From an uncultured Lachnospiraceae bacterium (GTDB lineage Bacteria; Bacillota; Clostridia; Lachnospirales; Lachnospiraceae), in the NCBI GenBank assembly GCA_947165025.1, contig CAMUYQ010000003.1, positions 54,747-118,746 on the forward strand: a DNA stretch of 64,000 nucleotides, given 5' to 3'. The translations under genes and the position numbers were made by a program. The notes below the pieces were generated by a model. It did no database searches. It was given only the letters and a program-made list of their open reading frames with translations, and had not been told where the DNA came from. This document shows, one piece after another, positions 34,745 to 44,364 of the stretch (the stretch's first letter is position 1; every line of letters starts with the position of its first letter).

Positions 34745-35440
34745 GTGAAGAATGTGAAATATCCGGATCCAAATGTGATCCATCCAATTGTCGGATATGA
34801 TAAAGAAATCTATGTAAAACCAACAATAACGACCCCGAATATAATTGTTGGGGATTTTACTTATATTGCAGATTCAGAGTTTGAAAGCCATGTGACAAAC
34901 TTTTATCCCTGGAGCAGGGATAAGCTTATAATCGGCAAATTCTGCCAGATTGCAGCCGGAGTTGAGTTTGTAATGAATGATGCAAATCATCAGATGAATA
35001 CAGTGACAACATTTCCTTTTTACACGCTTGAGGGATGGGAAATGAATGCTCCCGCTCCATCTGAAATGCCATTCAAAGGAGATACTGTGATTGGCAATGA
35101 CGTGTGGATCGGGCAAAATGCGGTTATTCTTCCCGGCGTTCATATAGGTGACGGAGCAATCATTGGAGCAAACAGCATTGTAGGAAGTGATGTCGATTCT
35201 TATACGATCGTTGTTGGAAATCCGGCAAAACCTTTGAGGAAACGCTTTGACGAAGAGCTTATCGGTTTGCTGCTAAAAATCAAGTGGTGGGATAAAAGTG
35301 TTGAAGAAATCAACAGTATGATCCCGATACTTACCTGCAACGATTTGTCAAAGGTTAAAGCAGAATTAGAGAAACGACTGAATGCAGACTCAGATGACTA
35401 TGAGGACATACATGATCCGTGCCTGCGTTTCCAGAGGTAA
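34745..35440 (+). CDS. vat: Vat-family streptogramin A / xenobiotic O-acetyltransferase (hexapeptide repeat)
   Basis: GKFCQIAAGVEFVMNDANHQMNTVTTFPF, PFKGDTVIGNDVWIGQNAVILPGVHIGDGAIIGANS and IKWWDK match the Vat/SatA architecture; GTG start with SD GGAGG. Confidence 0.75.
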   Translation: MKNVKYPDPNVIHPIVGYDKEIYVKPTITTPNIIVGDFTYIADSEFESHVTNFYPWSRDKLIIGKFCQIAAGVEFVMNDANHQMNTVTTFPFYTLEGWEMNAPAPSEMPFKGDTVIGNDVWIGQNAVILPGVHIGDGAIIGANSIVGSDVDSYTIVVGNPAKPLRKRFDEELIGLLLKIKWWDKSVEEINSMIPILTCNDLSKVKAELEKRLNADSDDYEDIHDPCLRFQR

Positions 35441-35443
35441 AAA

Positions 35444-35965
35444 ATGGTAATAATTATAACTGGGGCATCCCATGTTGGGAAAACACTTCTGGCACAAAAG
35501 ATGCTGGAGAGATACAAGTTTCCATATCTGTCAATTGACCATCTGAAGATGGGGCTTATTCGCAGTGGAAACACTGATCTTACACCCGAAGACGATGACG
35601 AGCTTACGGAATACTTGTGGCCGATAATCAGAGAAATCATTAAGACAGCCACTGAGAATGAGCAGAACCTTATTGTTGAAGGCTGCTATATACCTTTTGA
35701 TTGGAGGAATAGTTTTGGTGAGCAGTATCTTCAGTCGATAAGATTCATCTGCCTTGCTATGTCAGATGAATATATAGATTCGCATTTTGAAGAAATAAAA
35801 TCACATGGCTCTGATATCGAAACAAGGCTTGATGATTCTAATTGTTCAGCTGAGCAACTGAAACAAGATAACCACCAAATCATAGATGGGTACCAATCTA
35901 ACGGAGAACATATCACTCTAATCACAGAAAGCTTCGATGATTCGATAAGGGGAGTATTGGATTAG
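35444..35965 (+). CDS. P-loop kinase-like protein
   Basis: Walker A GASHVGKT at the N-terminus; 173 aa; substrate unknown. Confidence 0.55.
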   Translation: MVIIITGASHVGKTLLAQKMLERYKFPYLSIDHLKMGLIRSGNTDLTPEDDDELTEYLWPIIREIIKTATENEQNLIVEGCYIPFDWRNSFGEQYLQSIRFICLAMSDEYIDSHFEEIKSHGSDIETRLDDSNCSAEQLKQDNHQIIDGYQSNGEHITLITESFDDSIRGVLD

Positions 35966-36022
35966 CAAATTCAGATTTGTAGAGAAGCGAAAAACTTTTG
36001 AGGGACGTTTACACGAATAGAC

Positions 36023-36883
36023 ATGAAAACAATTTACAGAAGTGAAGAAGGAAAAAACAGAATATTGGAGTTATATGACGCTCAACTTTCCAGATTACCC
36101 ATACCATGGAAAGATGTTTATACTGAGACATCTTTTGGCAGAACACATATAGTTGAGACCGGTAACTTCGATGGTGAGCCATTGCTTGTTTTTCACGGGG
36201 GCAATGCCACAAGTGCTTATAACCTCCTTGACTGCGGTTTTCTTTTTAAGGATTTCCATATATACGCGGTAGATACAATCGGACATCCGGGCAAAAGCGC
36301 GGAGAGGAGCTTGTCAGCGATCAATTATGATTATGGAAAATGGACCGGCGAGGTAATAGATGCGCTTGGATTTGAAAAGATCAGTTTGTTTGGCGGTTCC
36401 TTTGGTGGTGGCATAATAGCAAAGACCATGTGTGAAGTGCCTGATAAGATAAAGCGCGTTGTGATTTATATCCCGTCAGGAATTAAGAATGCTTTTCAGC
36501 TTAAAAACGCCACCATGATGTTCCCCATGATCTTGTATTGGGTTACGGGAAAGGATGAGTGGCTTAAAAAGACCATGATGCCCATGGCAATAACTGAAGA
36601 AAATATTACACAGGATATATATGAGACTGCGAAACTCAGCATAGATCATGTGAAGGTTAAAACAGCCATGCCCACAAATGTTGCCGCTTCAAGAATGGCA
36701 AAATGCAAAGCGCCGACGCTTGTTATGGGTGCTGAAAAAGATTGTCTCTTTCCGGGGGCAAAAGTTCTTGAGAGAGCAAAACGGATTATTCCGAATTGTC
36801 AAACCTATCTTCTGCGAGACCGGGGACATATGCATTTTCTGACTGAGGAAGAAAAGAAAATGATTGTCGATTTTCTGAAATAA
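36023..36883 (+). CDS. Alpha/beta hydrolase
   Basis: HGG oxyanion motif (VFHGGNA), nucleophile elbow GGSFGG, C-terminal DRGHM. Confidence 0.7.
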   Translation: MKTIYRSEEGKNRILELYDAQLSRLPIPWKDVYTETSFGRTHIVETGNFDGEPLLVFHGGNATSAYNLLDCGFLFKDFHIYAVDTIGHPGKSAERSLSAINYDYGKWTGEVIDALGFEKISLFGGSFGGGIIAKTMCEVPDKIKRVVIYIPSGIKNAFQLKNATMMFPMILYWVTGKDEWLKKTMMPMAITEENITQDIYETAKLSIDHVKVKTAMPTNVAASRMAKCKAPTLVMGAEKDCLFPGAKVLERAKRIIPNCQTYLLRDRGHMHFLTEEEKKMIVDFLK

Positions 36884-36990
36884 CTTAAATAATAAATGAA
36901 AGAGATAAATTCGAGTTTGTCGGCATGAACGTTGGAACATAAAATTGGAAGATAACTTTTTGATTTAATATACATGGAAATGGATCAACT

Positions 36991-37815
36991 ATGGGACAAG
37001 AATTACATCATAATGGGGAATATGTTATCGTAAAAAATCATAGGATTCATATTTTCCGCGCCGGGAACGGGAATGGACCTAAACTCGTTTTTTTGTCAGG
37101 CTCAGGCACAGTGGCCCCGGTATATGATTTCAAAATTTTATATCAGAAACTTCTTAATGATTTTGAGATAATTGTTATCGAGAAATTCGGATATGGTTAC
37201 TCGGATTTATACGACGCACCAACCGACATTGATTCATTGATTTTTTATCATAGAGAAGCGTTATCGAAAATAGGCGAGGAGGGACCATTTATTCTCCTGC
37301 CGCATTCAATGTCCGGGCTTGAGGCAATACGCTGGAAACAGACATATCCGGAGGAGATTAAAGCTATTATAGGACTTGATATGGCAGTTCCTGTGCAGTA
37401 CTTAAGCTGGGGACAGGAAGATCTTGATAAGCGGACCGACCGGATAATTAAACTGCAGAAGCTCCATAAGAAAGGTCTATTATTCTGGTATCCTTTGAAT
37501 AAGCGAGGACTTAGTAAAGATGACATTAAACAACAAAAACTTCTGTGGAAAAGAAACGGAATGAATGACTGTTATATCGGTGAAGCAAAAACTGTGTTGG
37601 CCAATGCAAAGCTTGTTGACAAAACCGGCGAAATAGATTGTCCGATTCTGATGTTTGTTTCTGATGGTAAGCAGGTATCCGCGAATTGGATTCAGTATCA
37701 GAACGAGTTCGCAAAACGTAACAATGCAAAGATCATTCAATTAAACTGCGGACACTATGTGCATTATTATGAGAGTGATCGCATCAGTGAAGAAATCAAG
37801 AGGTTTATTGAATAA
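36991..37815 (+). CDS. Alpha/beta hydrolase
   Basis: LSGSGT oxyanion region, nucleophile elbow HSMSG, C-terminal CGHYVH. Confidence 0.7.
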   Translation: MGQELHHNGEYVIVKNHRIHIFRAGNGNGPKLVFLSGSGTVAPVYDFKILYQKLLNDFEIIVIEKFGYGYSDLYDAPTDIDSLIFYHREALSKIGEEGPFILLPHSMSGLEAIRWKQTYPEEIKAIIGLDMAVPVQYLSWGQEDLDKRTDRIIKLQKLHKKGLLFWYPLNKRGLSKDDIKQQKLLWKRNGMNDCYIGEAKTVLANAKLVDKTGEIDCPILMFVSDGKQVSANWIQYQNEFAKRNNAKIIQLNCGHYVHYYESDRISEEIKRFIE

Positions 37816-38061
37816 AATCGGAAGATAAAGCTGTATGAGATTGGAATGCATGTGAGATATGGATATGCGTGGTCATTGACTTCCATATGGTTCTCTGATA
37901 GTATGAAGAAGTCAAAGGGAGTAGCTTGCATATCAAGGTATATGTAACATGCTTTCGTCAGTACGGGAAAGCTTTTCCCCGGAACGTGTTGTTAAAAGCG
38001 AGACTTTGCCACGATCACTTTCGTGGTGAAGTTTTTTATTTTCTATGAACGGAGGACTATT

Positions 38062-38517
38062 ATGATCGTTGTTTTTGAAGGACTAATCCTTAGTTTTTGG
38101 CTCTTGCTCATATGTGTGGTCGGCATGGCGAAAGAAGGTCCGGTTGGGCTTGTTCTTTTCTATGAGCAGGAAGTACAGGATCGGGTTATTGAATTGGGGC
38201 TGACTTCGAAAGAAAGGATAAAGAAGACCAGCATCATTTCAGGTCTGGCGATGTGGATTCCAATGCTGATAGTGATTCCTACAATCGTACATTTTTATAA
38301 TGGCGCAAGCGGATTCCTTGATCATTTCATTCAACTGACGATCATTTATCTGATAGAGGGATTGTTTGACCGTCTGTTTATCGACTGGTGGTGGGTAGGA
38401 CAGACCAAGGCATGGATCATTCCCGGGACTGAAGAGTTTATCCCTTATATATACGGAAAAACGCTTGTGACAAAATGGGTTGGAACACTTGTCGGTTTCC
38501 GGTATTGGCAGCAATAG
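38062..38517 (+). CDS. Small integral membrane protein
   Basis: Three to four hydrophobic helices; ATG 38062 behind SD CGGAGGA. Confidence 0.55.
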   Translation: MIVVFEGLILSFWLLLICVVGMAKEGPVGLVLFYEQEVQDRVIELGLTSKERIKKTSIISGLAMWIPMLIVIPTIVHFYNGASGFLDHFIQLTIIYLIEGLFDRLFIDWWWVGQTKAWIIPGTEEFIPYIYGKTLVTKWVGTLVGFRYWQQ

Positions 38518-38564
38518 TTTCCGGTGTTATAACTCTTTTGACGTAGCAGGGTTTTTATGGGTAT

Positions 38565-39446
38565 ATGAAAATGAATGGAACAATTTCAACAACTGTAGCC
38601 GTGAACGGATTTGAAGGAGTTTTGTACTCAGGTGACGGAACAAAGAATAGAGTGATGATCGTCATGTCGGGATCTAACGGAGGGATGAAGCTTACAAAAG
38701 CTGAGGCCTTGTTCTATCATAAAAACGGCATTCCTGCACTGGCGCTTGCCTTATTCAAGACGAAGCAGACTGGTAAATTTCTTGATCGAGTTCCTGTTGA
38801 ATATGTTGAAAATGCCATAAAGTGGCTTAAAGAACAAGGTTATCAAAACATCGGAATAGATGGCATGTCAAAAGGAAGCGAAATGGCATTACTGTCGGCA
38901 TCCATGTTTTCCGAAATATCCTGTGTGATAGCAAGAGTGCCTTCATACTTTGTAAGTGAAGGGTTGTCCGGGAAGGGCAAGAGCAAAGGTCCGTCAGGAA
39001 CATCGTGCTGGAGCTATAAGGGAGAAGAGATCCCGTATGCTCCGTATAATAAAAGGTCCTTCGATATTCTTAAGATGTTCCGGGAGGAAAAGGAACTGCA
39101 TATTATCAGGTTTAACCGGGATAAAAATGTCACACCTGAGACAGTCATCCCGGTGGAAAAGATCAAAGCCCCTATACTTTTGCTGTCTTCAAAAAGGGAT
39201 GAGGTATGGCCGTCATATGACAGCTCGTTATATATAGAAAAAAGACTGCGCGAGAGTGGCTTTAACTATCCTGTAAAACATATATCATATGAATCAATGA
39301 GTCATGCAATGATAACCAGGATCCCGTTTGGGATCAGGCTTGTCTTTAAAACGGAACGTCAGAATGCAAAAGTATGTGAACTTGAACGTAAAAAAATGGG
39401 CAAGGAACTGATTGAATGGGTAGATACATGTTTTCAGCAAAGCTGA
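38565..39446 (+). CDS. BAAT/acyl-CoA thioesterase C-terminal-like (dienelactone hydrolase fold) protein
   Basis: GIDGMSKGSEMAL nucleophile region, later D and H (SMSHAM); 293 aa. Confidence 0.6.
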   Translation: MKMNGTISTTVAVNGFEGVLYSGDGTKNRVMIVMSGSNGGMKLTKAEALFYHKNGIPALALALFKTKQTGKFLDRVPVEYVENAIKWLKEQGYQNIGIDGMSKGSEMALLSASMFSEISCVIARVPSYFVSEGLSGKGKSKGPSGTSCWSYKGEEIPYAPYNKRSFDILKMFREEKELHIIRFNRDKNVTPETVIPVEKIKAPILLLSSKRDEVWPSYDSSLYIEKRLRESGFNYPVKHISYESMSHAMITRIPFGIRLVFKTERQNAKVCELERKKMGKELIEWVDTCFQQS

Positions 39447-39590
39447 TGGTGTATTATATTGGAAGATAAATTGCCACGGAGGAGACAGAGTTTTAAAAGC
39501 CCTGTCTCCTTTTTGAAATAATACATTGACGAATATCTATGTATATGCTATTATCAACACATAGATAAACATCTATATAAGGAGGAGATT

Positions 39591-39893
39591 ATGGCCAAAT
39601 TAGACGAAGTGCTGATATGTAAGGCTCTTGGAGATCCCAACAGAATGGAAATCGTTAAGATGCTTTCTGATCAGGAGAAGTGCGGATGCAAGCTTCTTGA
39701 AAAGTTCGATATTACACAGCCGACTCTTTCTCATCACATGAAGATACTGGTAGATTCGGGACTGGTTAACGACAGAAAAGAAGGCAAGTGGCACTACTAT
39801 TCAATAAACACGGACATCATGAAAGAATTCTGTGGATTTATTAAAACTCTCTGTAATGAAACCACCGGCAAATGCTGTAAGGGGAAAGCATGA
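39591..39893 (+). CDS. ArsR/SmtB-family metalloregulator
   Basis: wHTH ITQPTLSHHMKILVDSGLV, Cys pair EKCGCKLL at the ELCVCDL position, Cys-rich tail CNETTGKCCKG. Confidence 0.85.
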   Translation: MAKLDEVLICKALGDPNRMEIVKMLSDQEKCGCKLLEKFDITQPTLSHHMKILVDSGLVNDRKEGKWHYYSINTDIMKEFCGFIKTLCNETTGKCCKGKA

Positions 39894-40891
39894 TGTGGGA
39901 CTTTATTCAGACACAGATCCTGGGGATGAAGTGGCTGAACATTTTGATCGGGGAACTCCTGTCTGCATTAGGATTGGATATAGATAGCAGGATAGGCTCC
40001 GGCATACACTTTTTTATCTATGATGTTATAAAGATCACGATCCTTCTTTGTTTGCTGATCTTTGTGATCTCATATATCCAGAGTTTCTTTCCACCGGAGC
40101 GTAGCAGGAAGATAATGGGCAGATTTCACGGAATCGGAGCAAATATCGTAGGAGCCTTGCTTGGAACCGTGACACCATTCTGCTCGTGCTCATCCATCCC
40201 GATATTTATGGGATTTACGAGTGCCGGATTACCGCTTGGAGTAACATTCTCTTTTTTGATCTCATCACCGATGGTGGATCTGGGGAGCCTCGTACTGCTT
40301 ATGAGCATCTTTGGGGCAAGGATAGCCATCGTTTATGTTGTGATGGGACTTATGATCGCTGTTGCAGGTGGTACATTGATCGAGAGACTTCATATGGAAG
40401 ATCAGGTCGCGGATTTTATCAGGAATGCAAACAGCAGCGTTGAAATAGAAACTCCGAGCCTCCCTGTTAAAGAGCGTTTAATATACGCAAAGGACCAAGT
40501 AGTATCTACATTTAAGAAAGTGTTTCCATACATTCTGATAGGAGTCGGGATTGGGGCTGTGATACATAACTGGATTCCGGAAAGCTGGATCAGGGCAGTG
40601 CTTGGGGGAAGAAATCCCTTTGGAGTGATACTTGCAACAATCCTGGGTATTCCGATGTATGCTGATATCTTTGGTGTGATCCCTATAGCCGAGGCACTCT
40701 TGTCCAAAGGAGCTTTGCTTGGTACGATCTTAAGCTTTATGATGGCAGTGACTACACTCAGTCTTCCGTCGCTCATTATGCTGAAGAAAGCTATCAAGCC
40801 AAAACTGTTAGGAACATTTATAGCCATCTGTACAGTGGGTATCATCATTGTCGGGTATGGTTTCAACTTATTTCAATATTTATTCATCTGA
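39890..40891 (+). CDS. Permease of the DUF318/ArsP-like family
   Basis: About 8-10 TM helices; conserved TPFCSCSSIP motif; start overlaps the arsR-like stop (ATGA). Confidence 0.7.
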   Translation: MMWDFIQTQILGMKWLNILIGELLSALGLDIDSRIGSGIHFFIYDVIKITILLCLLIFVISYIQSFFPPERSRKIMGRFHGIGANIVGALLGTVTPFCSCSSIPIFMGFTSAGLPLGVTFSFLISSPMVDLGSLVLLMSIFGARIAIVYVVMGLMIAVAGGTLIERLHMEDQVADFIRNANSSVEIETPSLPVKERLIYAKDQVVSTFKKVFPYILIGVGIGAVIHNWIPESWIRAVLGGRNPFGVILATILGIPMYADIFGVIPIAEALLSKGALLGTILSFMMAVTTLSLPSLIMLKKAIKPKLLGTFIAICTVGIIIVGYGFNLFQYLFI

Positions 40892-40905
40892 AGGAGGATA
40901 TGGTC

Positions 40906-41133
40906 ATGAATATCAAGGTATTAGGCGGAGGATGCAAAAGCTGTGAGGCTCTCCTTGCATCTGCAAAAGAAGCAGTAGCGAAAAAAGGGATCGATGCGGA
41001 GATAGAGTATATCACGGATATGGAAAAGATCATGGGTTTCGGAGTGATGAGTATGCCGGCTCTTATGATCGACGGAAAAGTTGTTTCAGCCGGAAAGGTT
41101 CTTAAGGCTAAGGAAGTTGAAAAATTCTTATAG
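40906..41133 (+). CDS. Thioredoxin-fold redox-active disulfide protein (CxxC)
   Basis: MNIKVLGGGCKSCE N-terminal CxxC; ~76 aa. This small protein commonly follows such permeases. Confidence 0.7.
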   Translation: MNIKVLGGGCKSCEALLASAKEAVAKKGIDAEIEYITDMEKIMGFGVMSMPALMIDGKVVSAGKVLKAKEVEKFL

Positions 41134-41147
41134 GAGATGTCAGGGAT

Positions 41148-41675
41148 ATGGATAATATGGAAAGAGAACTGTTTATAAGGGACGCTGATCCCGAAGATGC
41201 TAAAAAACTGGTGGAGATATATTCATATTATGTTCTGAATACCGCTGTTTCTTTTGAATATGAAGTTCCGTCAGTTGCAGATTTTGAAAACAGGATCAAG
41301 ACAACAAAAGAAAAATATCCATATATGGTGTGCTTATTAAAAGACAGGATCGTCGGCTATGCGTATGCGGGACCATATAGTTCTAGAGAAGCTTATAACT
41401 GGACAGCAACAACATCTATCTATGTTGATAAGGATTATCGCAGACAGGGTATCGGTTCGTTGCTGTACAAAGAGCTGGAAAAAAGGCTTAAAGAACAGGG
41501 CATAGTCAACCTGCTTGCAGGAGCCGCCTATAGTGATGAAGAGGATGAATATCTCACACATGACAGCTATAAGTTTCATATACGATCGGGATATACAAAA
41601 GCAGCTCACATGAAGACTATAGGTAAGAAATTTGACAGATGGTATGATCTGTTATGGATGCAGAAAAAACTATAG
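41148..41675 (+). CDS. GNAT N-acetyltransferase of the phosphinothricin-acetyltransferase (PAT/ArsN1-like) type
   Basis: IRDADPEDA...SFEYEVPS...RRQGIGSLLYKELE acetyl-CoA motif; 175 aa. Confidence 0.7.
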   Translation: MDNMERELFIRDADPEDAKKLVEIYSYYVLNTAVSFEYEVPSVADFENRIKTTKEKYPYMVCLLKDRIVGYAYAGPYSSREAYNWTATTSIYVDKDYRRQGIGSLLYKELEKRLKEQGIVNLLAGAAYSDEEDEYLTHDSYKFHIRSGYTKAAHMKTIGKKFDRWYDLLWMQKKL

Positions 41676-41693
41676 TAAGCGGAGGGAAGATCT

Positions 41694-42116
41694 ATGACAC
41701 ACAAAGAAAAAGCAATGAAGATATTTTATGAAAAATTCAATTGCTCGCAGGCAGTTCTTGGAGCATACGCGGATGATTATGGGCTGACGGTAGATCAGGC
41801 TATGAAAGTGGCAGCATGTTTCAGCGGGGGCGTGAGAAAAGGTGAAGTGTGTGGTGCTGTATCCGGGGCAATCATGGTGATCGGGTTGAAATACGGAGAC
41901 GGCCCCGACTATAAAGCAACTGCTTATCCCAAGGCTGCTGAGTTTATGGAAAGATTCAAAGAAAAGAATGCTTCATATATCTGCAAGGATATACTTGGCT
42001 GTGACATATCCTCCGAAGCGGGGATGCTCTATGCCCGGGAGAATGGACTTTTTAAGGATATTTGTCCGAGAATGGTAGAATCCGCGGTTGATATTCTGGA
42101 AGATATGGAAATATAA
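41694..42116 (+). CDS. C_GCAxxG_C_C family redox-like protein
   Basis: FNCSQAVLGAY, GEVCGAVSGA, ICKDILGC, CPRMV, the eponymous Cys pattern. Confidence 0.75.
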   Translation: MTHKEKAMKIFYEKFNCSQAVLGAYADDYGLTVDQAMKVAACFSGGVRKGEVCGAVSGAIMVIGLKYGDGPDYKATAYPKAAEFMERFKEKNASYICKDILGCDISSEAGMLYARENGLFKDICPRMVESAVDILEDMEI

Positions 42117-42165
42117 GCAATTGGTACAGAGGAGAAATACGGAATTTTGATGGAGGAAAAGCAAG

Positions 42166-42291
42166 GTGAATGAATTTAATGAATGTGTTCATGAAGTTTT
42201 TTCTGCAGCCGGTGATATTATCATAAAATCAATGATGGGCGGATATCTTGTATACCTCAATGGTAAACTGATCGAAGTTACTTGCGGGTAG
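42166..42291 (+). pseudogene. Possible truncated TfoX-N-like gene remnant
   Basis: 41-aa GTG ORF ending ...KSMMGGYLVYLNGKLIEVTCG recalls the MFGGYGLYxxGKxF core of the TfoX N-terminal domain. Too short to be intact. Confidence 0.25.
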
Positions 42292-42335
42292 GATAAGATT
42301 AGCCGTGGGAAGATTATCTTGTATAATGCACATTT

Positions 42336-42367
42336 AAGCTTCGGTTAAATCCCGAAGCTTTTTCTTT
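42336..42367 (+). terminator. Intrinsic terminator
   Basis: AAGCTTCGG / CCGAAGCTT 9-bp stem, 7-nt loop, T-rich tail. Confidence 0.7.
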
Positions 42368-42376
42368 GGAATTGTG

Positions 42377-42430
42377 TTGACAAAAAATATGTAATATATT
42401 ACATTGTTTCGTGTAGGTAATATATTACAT
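42377..42430 (+). promoter_or_regulatory. Promoter with two palindromic MarR-type operator sites
   Basis: TTGACA at 42377-42382. Perfect palindrome TGTAATATATTACA at 42390-42403 overlaps the -10 region. Second palindrome GTAATATATTAC at 42417-42428. Confidence 0.6.
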
Positions 42431-42449
42431 AATATAAAAAGGAGCTCAC

Positions 42450-42929
42450 ATGAATTACGATGAAGTAATGAATATCGAAAAAGTAACGTTTGGAGATATG
42501 CCACCACAGCCTTTTTTACTCGGATTACTCAGTGCATTTGATAACAGATATCAGGCTGCAGCCGATGCATATTTCAAGGAGATTACCTGGAAACAATTCT
42601 TTGCAATAATCTGTATCAACCTATGCAAGAAACCTCCGACGTTAAATGAGCTTTCTGATGTAATGGGAAGTTCTCATCAGAATGTGAAGCAGATTTTACT
42701 TAAGCTTGAGAAAAAGGGGTTTGTCTCTGCAGTTCCTGATGATAAAGACAAGCGAAAGCAACGGATCTTTGTCACAGATAAATGCAGGACTTTTTTGGAA
42801 CAGAATGACAATAACGGCCAACAGAGCCAATATGTCATCGGAAGAATATTTGATGGAATCGATGAAAAGAGCCTTCAAACTACCATACAAACTATCATGA
42901 AAATGGAAAGGAATTTGAGCGAGTTATGA
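42450..42929 (+). CDS. MarR-family transcriptional regulator
   Basis: wHTH LNELSDVMGSSHQNVKQILLKLEKKGFV...DKRKQRIFVT. Confidence 0.8.
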   Translation: MNYDEVMNIEKVTFGDMPPQPFLLGLLSAFDNRYQAAADAYFKEITWKQFFAIICINLCKKPPTLNELSDVMGSSHQNVKQILLKLEKKGFVSAVPDDKDKRKQRIFVTDKCRTFLEQNDNNGQQSQYVIGRIFDGIDEKSLQTTIQTIMKMERNLSEL

Positions 42930-43477
42930 AAACACTGATCATTTACACATCACAGACAGGATTTACTAAAAGATATGCAGAGTGGATTGCAGAGAAAACG
43001 GGCGGAGATTTACTTGAACTTAAGGATGCTCAGAAGAAGAGTGATGATTACTTCAAGGATTTTGATGCAATCTGCTATGGCGGTTGGCTTATGGCAGCGA
43101 ATGTTGTTAAGGTTAAATGGTTCTTTGAAAAGGCCAATAACTGGAAGAATAAACGTCTTGTTTTGTTCTGTGTAGGAGGCAGCCCTAATGACAATCCTGA
43201 TATAGATACTTTTCTTCAGAATGCCCTTACTAAGGAGCAGCATAAGTATATTAAAATATTCTACTGTCAGGGCGGTTTTAACTATGAAAAGATGAAGACA
43301 CCATCCAGACTTGCAATGAAGATGTTTGTATCAACTCTCAGGAATAAAAAAGATGCTACTGAGAAAGAAAAGGTCATGGCCGAGAAGATGGCTTCATCCT
43401 ATGATATTTCTGATGTCAAATATATAGAACCTATAGTGGCTTATCTGTTGGAGAAAGATAATGAAAAGGCTGTTTAA
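42926..43477 (+). CDS. Flavodoxin-domain protein
   Basis: MKTLIIYTSQTGFTKRYAEWI FMN-phosphate loop; overlaps the marR stop. Confidence 0.75.
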   Translation: MKTLIIYTSQTGFTKRYAEWIAEKTGGDLLELKDAQKKSDDYFKDFDAICYGGWLMAANVVKVKWFFEKANNWKNKRLVLFCVGGSPNDNPDIDTFLQNALTKEQHKYIKIFYCQGGFNYEKMKTPSRLAMKMFVSTLRNKKDATEKEKVMAEKMASSYDISDVKYIEPIVAYLLEKDNEKAV

Positions 43478-43853
43478 AACCCTGCTTGCAATAGTAATCG
43501 TAATTGCGGTGATCCTCATATCTGCAGTCGCAATTGTTAGTGTCAGGATGAGTGGACAGGTCAAGGCTTTCGACAAATCAGGAATTGATCTGTCCCATGT
43601 TGCTGATGGTGTATATAATGGTCATAGTGAGACGGATCTGGTCAAGGTTGATGTTCAAGTAACAGTAGCTGATGGGAGAATAGAAGATATTGAAATCCTA
43701 AAGCACGAGTGTGGCAAGGGGCATCCTGCTGATGTGATTATTAGTGATATGATCAAAGATAATACAGTAGAGGTTGATGCGGTTTCGGGTGCAACGATGT
43801 CCAGTGAAGTAATAAAAGACGCAGTCAGGGATGCGTTAAGATCGGGGCTTTAA
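43461..43853 (+). CDS. Membrane-anchored FMN-binding domain protein
   Basis: N-terminal TM helix; C-terminal VDAVSGATMSS motif (the FMN attachment Ser/Thr context). Confidence 0.7.
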   Translation: MKRLFKTLLAIVIVIAVILISAVAIVSVRMSGQVKAFDKSGIDLSHVADGVYNGHSETDLVKVDVQVTVADGRIEDIEILKHECGKGHPADVIISDMIKDNTVEVDAVSGATMSSEVIKDAVRDALRSGL

Positions 43854-44084
43854 CTTCAGTATAAACGGTTAAGCAAATCGCAGTTTGTCGAGATGAAGCG
43901 ATAGTATGTTATCTTGGATAATTACACAAAGGGGATTCAGTCCAAGCAGGACTGAAGTTCATATTTTTATTCTGGAAGTCTTACTTCATACAGTTTTATG
44001 GACGAGCATGAGCACATATTCAAGCAATTGGAGTTGTGATATAATAATCTTGAACAAGTAGTTTATGATTATAGGAGATCCTTC

Positions 44085-44352
44085 ATGCCTGCTTTATCAA
44101 TGTTTTATGGAATAATAAGTGCGTATGCAGAGCGAAAAAGGCGGTAAACACAATAAACCGCACATTCATGCAATTTACGGAGAAAATGAGATTGTAATTG
44201 CATTGGATGGTGAAGTGCTCGAAGGAAACTTTCCGACAAAGCAGTTTAAGATGCTTGAAGGTTGGATGGCGATTCATGAAGATGAGTTAAAAGCAAATTG
44301 GCAAATGCTGAGTGATGGTGAAGGATATTTTAAGATAGAGCCTTTAAAATAG
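44085..44352 (+). pseudogene. DUF4160-family gene with an apparent +1 frameshift near 44117
   Basis: ATG 44085 encodes MPALSMFYGII, the typical DUF4160 N-terminus, then hits a stop. The family continues in the next frame (RMQSEKGGKHNKPHIHAIYG...). Confidence 0.55.
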
Positions 44353-44364
44353 GAGTGATTATTC

